Source: Rotaria sordida (Eukaryota). Taken from it: 64,000 bases of DNA. How positions within the stretch are numbered: the stretch's first letter is position 1; every line of letters begins with the position of its first letter. Under the pieces are notes generated by a model. The model was not told the DNA's origin. It ran no database searches and saw only the letters and a list, made by a program, of their open reading frames with translations. Positions 40,101 through 52,896 of the stretch are shown in pieces. The DNA is taken from assembly GCA_905250005.1 (NCBI GenBank), contig CAJNOH010000403.1:34708-98707 (forward strand), in the 5' to 3' direction. The position numbers and the translations under genes were made by a program.

Positions 40101-43100
40101 TTAATCCACCACCTATTTTTGATACACCTTTAGCAATACCAATTGATGCTTGTATAAATGGATTTGTAAGTGTATCCATCTATATAAACATAATAGAAAA
40201 GTAAATATATTCATTAAGAAAAAAAAAAAAATCTATATAAAAGAAACAGAAGAAACAGTCGTGACGAAACACAAATAGAAGAAAACTATTTTCTTAGTAA
40301 ATTTGTGCATTTATGAATGTTAGTGTTAAAAAAAAACTAGGAAAAAACAAACCGTAGTAGTGAAAAAATCCTATAAGATAAAATCAAAATTCAAAACTGC
40401 AAATATTTCTTCTTAAAAAAAAAACGCAAAGTCATTTCACTTTCATATTAACAAAAACTCAGAATCATGAAGAGATTACATGAACTTGCCAAATATCGTA
40501 CTTTCTTTTAAATGTTAAACTTCCTATAGACAACTAACGATGTAAACCATTCAGAATATATTGATTAAAGTGTACTAAAATGCTACAATTCTTATATTTC
40601 GTAATAAAATCTTTCTTCTTTTCTATCAAGTTATGTTTTTCTTATATAACACAAAAAAAATCTTATCTTTTAATAATAGATTTCGAAGGTTTTGTTAGTT
40701 TACTATTTTCTATTAGCTCCGTAAGTTCTATTTCATAGTAATTCAGATAAAATACAGTATGTTCCAGAGTAGACTTGTATATACGCAAAGAGTCTTGACT
40801 GGAGATATGTGAGGCCAAGTTGTTTTTAAGTCCGATCTAGAGTAAACTATTTCAGAATTTATTAGTATCACATCGAAAAGTTTCTCAATACTCGTTTTTT
40901 TTTATTTATTTAGTAGATGGTTAGAACTTTTTTGGAGTAATCTCTCTTGATTTATGTTCTACTTGATGATTGATAAGATAATTTGTTTAAAATCATAGAA
41001 TATTTAACTACGATCTTTAGTTCTAGTTAGAACAATTTTTTTTTGTAGCTTCAGTCTTGATCTCAGCAACTTCTCTTTCCCATGATTCTACACATCACTA
41101 GTTCTGACTAATAAAGAGATTCATGAAAAAGGAACATTTTCATAACTGGCCTATTTTCGATCATTGAAGTCTGAAAATGAAAACTAAATAATTATAAGAT
41201 ATTCAATAGCGTTTCTGAAATCTTGATTTTAGTGATTGGACGCGTTACTTGTCTTTTTGTTTTTACCTTTCGAGCTAATTCAGTTTGTTCATGTTTCCAT
41301 TGTTGATTTCTTAAAAATTTAAGTACAAGTTCACCGAGACCTGGATTATGTTGAAGAACTCTCGGATTTAATAATGTCTAAATTAAAAAAAATCAACAAA
41401 GAAAAAAAAAATCTAAACTTACTGTTAAATAATCATTTAATTCTTTTTGTCGTTTTAAACGTACTTCTGGACTTGTATTATTAATAAAACTCTTACTTGG
41501 CAAATTAATAAATTCTTTTATAGCAGGATAACGTTTTTTTATTGTCATATGTAGATCATTAAATTCACTATAACGACGATATGTTATCCATTCGCGTCTT
41601 TGTTCATCATTATTTGAATATAATGGTTTACAAAAAACAGATATCACATAAATTGCATATTTTTCACCTTTGTCACAGCATACACCTGGACAAAGAAAAA
41701 TATATACCTATCAAATAAATAAAAATTTTTTAAAACTGACCGGATTCATTAATTTCTGTAGTAATTGAATAATTCTCAATGGTTTCAACTATATCAGGTG
41801 TAATTGTACTTGTACGTTCTATACTTGGTCCAGGACTTGTCAGCTGTTGTGGTTCAATAGAATCATTGTATATTTCATTACTATTATTACTTGACAAAGA
41901 CGTAGCATCTTTATTTTAAAAACAAATATACAATAAAAATAATAAGATACTTTTCGATTGAAAAGAAAAACTAACCAGAATTATCATTAAGTGAATCAGT
42001 AAATTCAAATTCACTTAATACTTTTATGTATTGTGTTGTTGCTTTAAATTGACCATAATATTTATCGGATGAAAGAATTTCAAAAACCTTTGAAATTAAT
42101 AATTAATGAAATATAATTTTAAATAAAACAATATTACACATACTTTTGCTTGAAGTTCATCAAGTAATGTTTCATCAATAGTTTCTGAATTTAAATTTTT
42201 TAATGCCTTTCTTATTAGACTTTCATCCATAGGTAATTTAAATGTTCCCTAAAAGATTTTAAATCATTAAAATTCATATTTATAATCGATACATATAAGA
42301 TCAAATTTTCTATTAACTATATTTATTAGACAAGTATTGAAGTAGAACGAAAGAGAACTCTTTTGAGAAATGAAAAGCGTGGATGTGGATGTAGAAAACA
42401 TCCAAACCAACACTCACACACACATCGGAGGCATAGTCATGGGAATGCAAGAAGTGCTTGTGCACCTCTGTTGGCCAAAAACCACCTGAAGGGAATAGGA
42501 AATAAGGACAAAGAACTTCTTCATGGAACAAAAAATTATTTTTCTGATGATGTGCACTCCCGTTGGAAAATTTCTAACTGTACAACGGAAGAAATGGACG
42601 CAATAGAAATTTTAATCTTACATATAATAGTTGAAACTTGAAGTTTCATGAAATCTTCTAAAGTTTTTGAAGAAATTTTGAAGTCTTGAAGCGTACAGTT
42701 TTCTCCTCGAAAATGTGAAAAACTACAAGGGTAGGAAGAAAATCTACTCTTATGCTTCTTCAACAAAACTCATATTCAGTAGTGAAATTTGACATATTCC
42801 TTTCTAACTTAGAAAATTTATAGCTCGTACTAGAAGTAAATTTCGATCAAATCAATTCAGTATATTTAACTTGTGTATTTGTCCTGAGAATCTGAACTTG
42901 CAATGTTTTACAAGTCACAAAAATTGTATGTTGAAGATTTTTAAAATACATTAACAATATTTCATTCTGTTTATGAATAAGATTTCAAGATGAAATTTTA
43001 CACATTAATTTTTCACTAAGTGTCTTATTATAGACAGATGCCTTTCATAATTTTATAATTCTCATAAATAGAGGTATAAACCGATGCATTGATCTACGAC

Positions 43101-46100
43101 TGCTAGACATATTTGAAACTCCGACGGTGCGGCCGAATAACTTGAGCATTGACGGTAGCTTATATATATATATATTAAAATTTTTGTGGTCATCGGCGAC
43201 TCAGCCGATCGGCTTATATCTCTACTCATAGAGCTATTTCTTCTAATTCCACATTTTCAACTGTCTAAATCAATAGTAACACCTCTTCATCAGTCTTCAA
43301 TGATCGAATTAAGATGAAGTTAGTATACAAGTTTAAAGCTTGTAATTACATAAAACTTATTTTCTAAAGCAAATTTTTCTATAATAAAACTCATATTAAA
43401 CGTACAAATAATCTTCTAATGAACATAATAAAACAGAAAAAAAAAACTCACTGTTGAAAGAAAATATTGTTCAATAAGATCTCTAGCCATATTTCGAAGT
43501 ATTTCTTTATTCGTTTGTTGTTGTTCATATGTCAAATTAGTATTATGTTGAGATGCGGATAAACCAGCACATCGAAATGCCTAAATATAAAAATAAAAAT
43601 TCTCATTCATCATTATCTATTCTTCTTACTTCAGCATTCAAATAAAAATTTCCATAACCAACAGCATCAAGTGTTTGCAAAAATTCTATAAAAATCATCG
43701 ATAATTTCAATAAATATATTTAAAAAATCTTACTCAAAAAATAATCTAAACCATTACAATTATTTAAAATTTCTGTTAATGGTAATTCTCGATAAGAAAC
43801 TTTAGGTAATATATCATCATCATCCTAAAATAAAAATGAATTTTTTTTTTTTGTATAAATAACATTTTGAAAGATAAAATATATTACTAACAAATATTAT
43901 TGTTTCGGTTCGACTATGCGTATCTAATTTTTCATTGAGTAATTTTTTTAAATATTGATAACTATTTAATGTTGCACGAATATCTGCGTCTAAAAAATAA
44001 CACAAAAATCTATTCATTAAAAAACAATATATACATACAGTGGCTACCAAAATTATTCCATCGAGTTTATTTTCAATTCTTTTTCACTGTCATAAACATC
44101 AATAAGAATCCAAAAAATAATTTATACAGAGAGATTTATTTGCAGCAAGAATTTTTGAAGAGACAAATAATTGCTAATTCTTCAGAGATCCTATCCTTGA
44201 AAGATTAGCAATTATTTTCATCATCAAAAATTCTCTATACAAATCATTATTTGAATTCTTATTAGTGTTAACAGCAGTAGAAAACAATTGAAAATAAATC
44301 CGATCGAAAAATTTTGAGAGTTACTGTATATAAAATTTGATTTACCATTTTCTCCTCCTGTATCTTTAGAACGCCAACGATTGATTTCAATATCAAGTCG
44401 TTCAGCTAATGTTGCTAATTCAACTCTTGAATCAGTTGTTCGAACCACAAGAAGAAAATTATCGATTGTCAATGGAATTTGTTGACACTAAAAAATTATA
44501 AATTTAACCAATGTATTTCTTGTTTATTAGTGTCTTTTCTTACCATATTAATAATTAATTGATTAATCGCATCTGGATCTGAATACATATCAATAAAAGG
44601 TATTAAACCAAAATTAACTGCAACTTCCTTTAAAAAAAGAATTACAATAAAAGATAATTCATTGAATATTTTAAAATTAAACTTTACATACTCGAAGAAG
44701 AACTCGAGCTGGTACACAACGAAATTCATTAGCAGGTAAAAGAATATAAATAAGAACTTCAACAATATCTCGAAGAAATTCTATTGAAATATTCAATTAA
44801 TAATTTTAATTAATGAGATGATGGAAAAAAAAAAACAATACCTTTTTCTTTATCTTTATCCATACAAACATCATCTCGACAAATTCCTCTTTCATATTCA
44901 GCTTCTAAATCAAAAAAACACGAACGAATATCAGTTGATTGTTCCAAACGTAAACGTTCTTTTGCTTTTCGATATAATCGAACATGTGTTGCAAAACTAT
45001 CAACAATTGTTCCAGTACAAAAATCTAACCAATCAATTTCACGTAATCTAATAAATTGAATAATTTAAAACAAAAAACGAAGATTTGTAATAAACAACCT
45101 TTCAGATAAATGACGAATTGTTATATAAATTCCGTTTTTTACATCATCAATAAATGATTCATCAGAACTTAATTGAGTTTTATACCAAATTTCAATATAA
45201 TCACGAACAAATAAATCAATTAACTATTAAAGAATATTTTTAAAACAAAAGAGATTATTCTTCTTTTTTTTTTTTTTTAATTAAGTTTACTTGATAAAGT
45301 GGCTCATCAATATCTGATATTCCTGTTAGTGGTGCACGTTCAGTAGATAAATTTGAAGTTTTCAAATATGATGGTAAAACATCTTGAAAATCAGAGATCT
45401 AAATTATATTTATTTTAAGTTTTAAATTATAATATATTATTGACATTTTATTAAGCATTCATTTCATTGTGAATTAAAGACGAAATTAAATTTGATTAAT
45501 GATTTTCTTTGATGTAAAATGAAGTAAACTTTTTATAGCTATAGGTAAATCGACATCTAACTAAAATAAATATTTGCTCGGCTTCTTTTATATTGACATT
45601 CATATGTCATGATAAAAATTTTTCTATATAATTACTAAGACAATTTTATTAAATGAGTAATATTTCAAAACATGATCGAACTTTTGTCTATTTAGCAATA
45701 AGAATATTTCACTCAAGGAGAAAAAAACTGAAAGAAAAAAACAATTTTATCAAATTTGAATGTAAAAGATTTTATCCAAAACAATAAACTAATATGAATG
45801 ATAAACAAAACTCTCTTTTGTTTGCATCTAATGTGGTAGAAAAAAGTTTATCAACAACGTATTTTTGAATTTTTTTTTCTATGATATTAAGCAAATAGCT
45901 CCAATCCAAATAGTGATTTTAATAATCAATGGAATTTTCTATCCAACGTATTCTATACCAAAATATCGTAGATGAACTATGATGATAAGGTTCCTAAAAA
46001 GTCGGACACAATAGCTTTCAGATTCTAGAAACTACTTTTGAACAATGCCATTTTAAAGAACGCAAAGTTGTGAACAAAATCAGAGTTCGCCACATTTTCT

Positions 46101-47988
46101 ACGTCCTTCTCTCAAAAAAGTTAAAAATATCACAAAAACCGAAAAATTTTGATGAATTTTGGTTCTTATAGTTTTTGTGATACTTTTAACTTTTTAAGAG
46201 AAGTTCGTAGGACATGTGACGACTCTTCATTTTGTTCTATTTAAAAGGGTAATGTTAAAAAATAGCTTCTGGGACCTGAAAACTCCCGTGTCAGATTTTT
46301 TAGAAACCTTGCTATCATAGTTCATCTATGAAATCTTGATGTAGACTTCATTAGATAAAAAACTCCATTGATTATTAAAATCATTATCTGGATTTCAGCT
46401 GATTGCTTAATATTATAGAAAATCCGAAATACGTTGTTGTTAAACTTTTTTCCATCACCTTATGTTTAAGATTAACAAATAATTTGGTAGAAAGGTAGCA
46501 TGTGGATAATATATCATACATAATTATTAGAGATGCATGAGATCGGACCATGAGAAAAACGCTATCTGAAGCAAAAGTATAGATTGTATGTAAATATTTT
46601 ATGATTTTGAGTGAATCATCATATAAATCATATGAATCAAAACAAGTGACATTCATCGACTAAATCAATAAAACAAAAAAAGAACATCTAAGAATTGTGT
46701 AAGATTTCAACAGAATGAATTTTGAAATAGTTTTCTCTAAGTCGAAGCTAGATCAAAGTTGCCAAAGTTATAGGATAGATGAGATTCTATCTTCGAGACA
46801 AAAGTAACTCGGTCTCAGATATCTCTAGTTACATTTCGTTCTAAAAAATGTGATAACTACTCTTAAGATCTTTCCTATCAATAACACAAAGGTCTATTTA
46901 AGAATCAAGCTAAGTTCATAAAGAATTTTATTAGAAAATCTTCAAGAAACATATCAACTATAATTTATTAAATCTCAACGTATATCTTAATTGTGATTAT
47001 CCAGCAAAATAAAGTTTTACTTACCAAAAAAGTAATATCTACATCGTATGCACTTATCTTACTATTTTCTTGATTTATTATTAAATCTGTATTAAAACAA
47101 TTTGAATAAATTCATATCACTATTATTAGTCAATTTGAAACAAAAACATTAAACTATACTTGATCCCATTTTTAAATACTTTTTATTTGGATATCAACAA
47201 CTATTTCCAAACTCATCCTTAATACACAAGTATTTTCTAGGACTTTATAATTATATTGAATAGTGCAATGATCTTCTACATCCAATGAAAATACACCAAG
47301 AGTGAATAAGTTTAGAATATCATGAAAGAAAATCTAAGATGATACATATCATTACTCATCAATCTCAAATCTCATTATCTATGTCAATGATTCCGGCATC
47401 CGAATCTGTCAATTCTCAACAGGGTTTCCACCGGAAAGATGTCATTTCCGATCGGAAACAGCTCGTATTTCTTGACTTGGATTGTAGATTCTTCAACTAT
47501 TAAAATTAACACATTTAACTAAATTTCTCCTATCAAATGGAATTTTTTACAATTTTATATAAAATAAACATATATGCAAACAAAAATGAATTTCTTACAC
47601 GAATAAATAATTTTGATTGAATAAAAGCTGTTCGGATTTTATCATAAATTGGATTTGATTTCATCCATATTTGTCTATGAATAATTAAATGAATAATAAA
47701 ACTAAATTAAAATAATTAATTCTCATAATTAAAAAACTAAAAACAAAACAAATTCTAAACGAACCCAAAAATGAATGCCGTAAAAAAAAGAAACCAATAA
47801 ATTGTTCTTTGAATTCCAAAAAAACCCAAAATCAAACATAGACCACCGATAATAATAAGATGTTTAGAAATCATCGAAGGCCATTCAAAACATAAAACAA
47901 AATTAAATACCTTGTAAAATAATATTTTTTTTTTTTCTTTAGAAAACAAAAAACGAAATAATGATTTTTTCAATTGGTTAAAAGTCAT
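37192..47988 (-). CDS. Sorting nexin of the SNX13/14/19/25 class: N-terminal TM helices, PXA, RGS-like, PX, Nexin_C; more than 20 exons
   Basis: TM first exon is ORF 47755..47988 (HLIIIGGLCLILGFFGIQRTIYWFLFFTAFIFGFV). PXA exons lie at about 44340-45400 (...EFLRDIVEVLIYILLPANEFRCVPARVLLRV...). RGS-like exons lie at about 43440-44000 (LDYFLS..EFLQTLDAVGYGNFYLNAEV). PX exons are 41393..41647 and 41700-41900 (YAIYVISVFCKPLYSNNDEQRREWITYRRYSEFNDLHMTIKKRYP..LPSK). The C-terminal Nexin_C part is 39507..39845, 39952..40179 and 37192..37590 (acceptor ttttttttag|DELRHIIGSETTRRGLLRLFELLQNETLNRRFVYIVIEALLIKLF...). The 2.3 kb first intron carries hairpin F7. Confidence 0.7.
46090..46228. repeat. F7: about 140 bp hairpin with about 45 bp arms, in the first SNX intron
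   Basis: acgtccttctctcaaaaaagttaaaaatatcacaaaaacc ... gtttttgtgatacttttaactttttaagagaagttcgtaggacatgtg. Arms are near-perfect reverse complements with a loop of about 30 nt. Confidence 0.8.
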
Positions 47989-48191
47989 ACAATAATAGTA
48001 TTATAGATCGAGCTACATCCTTTCTTTTCCTAACTGTATTGGTGGCTCTCTTGAAAGCACTTTCAAATGGAAGAGTGAATAGACGAGAAAAAAAAACAAC
48101 AACAAATATTATTTGTCATACATTGCCACATATGTAATAGGTTTAAATCATTTAGATAATAGATTATCGGTTTTTTTTTTGTACAATCCGA
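47989..48191. promoter_or_regulatory. About 200 bp head-to-head intergenic region between the SNX gene (minus) and the TBC1D20 gene (plus); candidate bidirectional promoter
   Basis: It lies between the two divergent start codons and contains T-runs. No recognisable TATA box. Confidence 0.4.
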
Positions 48192-51100
48192 ATGGTAACA
48201 CTTGAAGAATTTTTTGAATCAAACATCAATTCGGATTCTGATAATGATTCAGCATTGATGGAAGATGCTCTCTCTGAAGTTATTTCATCATCAATAATAA
48301 CAAATGGTTCATCATCATTGAGTGATGATGAAAATTTTTTAATTATTTCTAAAACAAAATCTGATAGAATTAAAGAACTTTTAAATAAAAAAAATAAACG
48401 ACAATTAATTAAATATGCTAAAAAGACTGGTTTAATTAATATATTATATCGCAAACAGATATGGCCTTTAGTAATTCGTCCACCATCTTATTGCACAGTT
48501 GAATATGATAATAATAATAAATTATATTTTTGTCCAATTAATTATTATGCAGCAGGTATTCATTTTTTTTGTATTTGAATTTTTTGTTTTAATGATAAGA
48601 ATTTATATTAAAATATTAGATAAAAATCAAATTGAATCACATCGATATTATGGACAAGTTAGAATGGATGTTGAGAGAACATTAAAACGATTTCCACCGA
48701 GTATAAATTTTTTAAGGAAATAAATAAATGATTTTTCTTTTTGTTTTTTTATTTATTAAAGATTATTCTGATTCTGCTAGAATTGAATTACAAGAAGAAC
48801 TTATTATAACTGTTATTAAAATGTTAATTAAACATGATTATCTTAATTATTATCAAGTAAATTATTTAGACGAATAAAAATATTTATTAGATTTTAGTTT
48901 TTTTTTTTTTATTATTTTTCGTAGGGTTATCATGATATTTGTTTGACATTTTTAATTGTGCTCGGTGCAGATTTGTGTCTTCCATGTATTGATACAATAA
49001 CTAAATCACATTTCAAGTAAATTTTTGTTTAACATCTATAATTAAATTAAATTATTATTTAATATTGAATTTTTTTGTATTTTGTGAAAACATCTTTAAG
49101 CATAGAATTAGATCTTTGTTGACATTAAATGAAATATATTATAATTAAAAACTTTTTATGATGAATATTTTCAATAAGAGAATGTCATATATGTAAAAGT
49201 AACTAAGTAGTATCTTATAGTTCAATTCTATAGAGATTTATAGTAATAGTTTTTATGATTTAATAAGGAAATAATTTCTTATATAGGTCAACAAAACTTT
49301 GGTCCTCAGACAAAAACCTAATGCATTGTAAATCGTATTTTATTTTTTATCAAAACACAACTTGAATACATCTTTAAATCACTCTATAGTTTGTCATGGT
49401 TTTAAACTAATGGCATAATCAAGGAAAAGGGCTAATCGAGAGAACTACCCGAACGAATACCCGCCGTTTGAACTCATGTTGTGTTCACAAAGAGATCTTG
49501 ATAAGACTAGAAGAATCCTAAAAGAGTTCATACCCATGGACCTCTAAAGATGAGTTATGATCATTTTACTGAATATTCGATTAATATCCTGCAATGGGAT
49601 GAGGTACTTGAACGCGACCCAACAATTAAGGAGATCTCAACATTTCAAAATATTTTTACTTTCTCAAACTATTAAATTTATATAAAAGCATAGGAATGAA
49701 AATCAGTTCGATCATGATTAAGCAATTTATTTTACGTGACAACTGGTCACAAGAATGAAAAGCGATATTGTTTTACTAGAAAAATTTATTTTGAATAAAA
49801 ATTCATCTGCAGATATTGATAAAGGATATGACGAAGTAATTGAACACATGAAGAGGAAAATAAATAATTATAAAAAAGATGAATATGCATTATCGTGATG
49901 GAAATAGTATTCATGTATGTATCCATAATTATGACGTTGAGTACCAACACTGAGTTCCTTTCCAACATGATCAACAACAAGCAAACGTATGCTTAACGAA
50001 ATTGATCAGATATTAGAAGCAAAAAGACACCAAGTGAATCATGAGTCATTTCCTTCTTTTGTTGTGAAATTTGAGGTGATCTCTTTTTCCGTTGCTGTTT
50101 ATGGAAGAAACTAAATAGTACACTTTTTCATATAAAATAAAAGTTTGAAAACCATACTATGATTGTAAAAGTATCTGCTAGATGTCAATTAACTCCAATC
50201 TGGATTTGGTTATGAAAAGTTGTACTCATACAGGACGCTATTTTCGATCTATCATCTTTAGGGATTTACCGAAAAATCAAATAACAGAATTTCGACCTGA
50301 AATTTTGCCCATAGATAGGTTTGATGACTCTGGAAATATCCTGAAAGTTTCAACCAAAAAGAATGTTCGTTTGTCATGATATTGAATTTTCAGGTAAAGT
50401 TGATTTTTGTGGCAAACGATCATTTTTTGGAAATTCAATATCTCGACAAAAGAATATTCTTTTCGGCTGAAATTTTCAGAGTCATCAGATCTATCTATGG
50501 GCAAACTTTTGAGTCGAAATTCTGTTACTTAATTTTTCGGTAAATACTCAGAGCTGGATCGAAAAAAAACGGTCATTATTCGGCTACAGATGCACATGGA
50601 TACAAACCTTCTTAGGATTTTTCTAGTCTTATCGAGACCTCCTTGTGAACACAATATGAGCTACAATGACGCGTATTGATTCTCTCGTAAGTCACCCTAG
50701 TTAGCCTTTGTCACCTGCTCTTCTCCTTAACACAGGCTCCTACTGTGTCGCCTCATCGCTTTAAACCTCTTAAGAAACTATGTTTTAGAAGCTGCGAACA
50801 ACTAAGTTTTGTAAGTGAAAATCAAAACTTATGTCAACCTTGAAATTTGAATTCAAGTATTGAAGATTTTGAGATATTTAATTGTGTATGCATGTATATT
50901 TCCGTGATATTCTCACTAAGATAATATCTGAACTCAATAATTGGATTCAACTGTCCGATTTAAAATATATGAAGATCAAGTACACATTTACTTCAGTCGT
51001 AGAGACAGAGTTGAAAAGTATCACACGTATACTTGTGATACAAAACATTTAGTATCAATGTCCGTTTTAGATAATCATAGTAGCAGATATTTTTCGATTT

Positions 51101-52532
51101 ATTTTACTAATAATGTATTATTTATATATATGTATGTATATATGTAGAGATTTTATGGAGCCAACAATGGAAAAAACACGAGATTTACTTTCTTATTTAA
51201 TGCCACTTATCAATTGTGTCAATAGTGAATGTGCTGAATATATGCAGAGGTAAGCAAAATAAAAAAACAATGTTATTATTAATCCTTTTCATTAAAAATA
51301 ATCTAAATTTTTTATGAGTATGAACTAACCTCTTCTTTAATTGAAAAATCGATGTTTTTTTAGAAAATATAAGTTGAAGAATTAAAATTCGAAACGAACT
51401 GAAATTTTAGAGTTTCAATTCGATTAATTTTCTCTTTCTCATGTATCAATCATCGAATATTATGAATCATCTTATTTGTAACTTGAGTGTTCACTGAACC
51501 AAGACGATTTCGATTGTTTTTAAAATCAAAAGAATATTCAATCTAATTTCAGAGGTGGTGTTGGAAATGTTATGTTTGCATTATCATGGTTTATAACATG
51601 GTACTCTCATGTATTAGATGATCTTGACATAATCCTGCGACTTTATGATTTATTTATTGTTTCACATTTTCTTATGCCAATATATGTAGCTGCTGAAGTA
51701 GATTATTTGTTTTTGTTTTTATGTTAAAAAGACATACAGATTTTTTTTGTTTATTAGATTGTTAATTTCCATGCAGATCAAATTTTATCAATTGACTGTG
51801 ATATGCCTTCATTACATCAATATTTAACACGTTTACCCAGTGAATTAGATAGTAATACTTGGGAAGAAATTATAAATAGATCATTACATCTATTTCGAAA
51901 TCATCATCCAGACACACTTGATGTATTAAATGATGAATGGATAAAAAGATGGTAAAATATTTAACTAAACTAATTTTGTTTTCTTTTATGAAGCATAATT
52001 TAAACAGAGTGTTGGAATATAGGGGTAAAAATTTGGACGTCAATCCTCATAGCTCGTGAGAGATGCTACTCAAAAACTATTACAGAAGATTTCTAAGCGG
52101 TCGAGAAATTTTAAACTAGTTCGATTCGGACCGATTACAACTTTGTATCATAGACTGTGATAGATGTTTATAATTAACAAGAGTAGCTACATCGTATTGA
52201 ATATTTTAATCCGACAGGAATTGCACTAAGATCTTGTTTGTTTTAAATAAAATTGTTTGGTTTTTAGTGAATTTATTGAAAAATTACCTATGGAAACATC
52301 TATTCGACGACGATATGGTAAAGATTCATTGGAAAATGACAATAATAGAGAAACATCTTCGAATATAAATGATCGAAACGAACAGCAAGGTGCATTACCA
52401 CGTATTGTTCTTTGGGGTGTGACACTGACGATAAGTGGTTTAGCTATTTATATATGGAATCATACACAACGAACAGATCCAACGACAATTATTAGTCTTG
52501 GAGATTTTCTTGCGCAATTATATGGAAAATAA
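48192..52532 (+). CDS. TBC1D20: TBC1 domain family member 20-like Rab-GAP (TBC domain plus C-terminal TM helix), 8 exons
   Basis: Exons approx 48192-48557, 48622-48712 (YYGQVRMDVERTLKRFPP, the IxxDxxR arginine finger), 48769-48864, 48927-49016 (GYHDICLTFLIVLG, the YxQ motif region), 51146-51252, 51552-51698, 51757-51951 and 52266-52532 (...ALPRIVLWGVTLTISGLAIYIW..., a C-terminal TM helix as in TBC1D20; stop at 52530-52532). Junctions are canonical GT/AG. Confidence 0.7.
50262..50555. repeat. Foldback F4: about 290 bp inverted repeat, centre about 50400, in the TBC1D20 intron
   Basis: 50266 ttaccgaaaaatcaaataacagaatttcgacctgaaattttgcccatagataggtttgatgactctggaaatatcctgaaagtttcaaccaaaaagaatgttcg is the reverse complement of 50420-50550. 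The mirrored ORFs 50182..50379(+) and 50277..50504(-) are a by-product. Confidence 0.85.
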
Positions 52533-52896
52533 TTCAGCTTGGCTTACTTTGTTTTTTATTTTCTGTTTTCATTCCCGGACTCTAGTCGCTCTGTTATATG
52601 TGAAAACTATTTTCTTGCTTCATGTGTACATAGTGTTATTTAAAAAAAATTTAAGAAACAATATTAATCGATCTATTCTTTTGTTAATATTGGATAACAA
52701 CTATTTTCTTTTGTCGCTGTCTTAATTTTATATGCATTTAATGGAAATTTTCTTTTTTTTTTTGTTTATTTAACCTCTATTTTTCTTTGTTGTTGTTAGG
52801 TCTTGCACATTGAGCCAAGAAAAATAATTAACAAAAATTATTTCTTTCTAGATGAATCTCATCTGATCTGATTTATTCATTTTCGTGTTGAAATTA

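Noticed and set aside
42300-42800. GC-elevated block with ORFs 42313..42531(-), 42363..42641(+) and 42536..42766(-), considered as an SNX exon
   Set aside because: The SNX reading frame continues cleanly from the exon ending at 43445 to the acceptor at 42258 without it. No splice sites flank these ORFs. It is more likely a TE relic in the intron.
50182-50504. Mirrored ORFs 50182..50379(+) and 50277..50504(-) encoding similar peptides
   Set aside because: They arise from the palindromic sequence of foldback F4. They are not coding.
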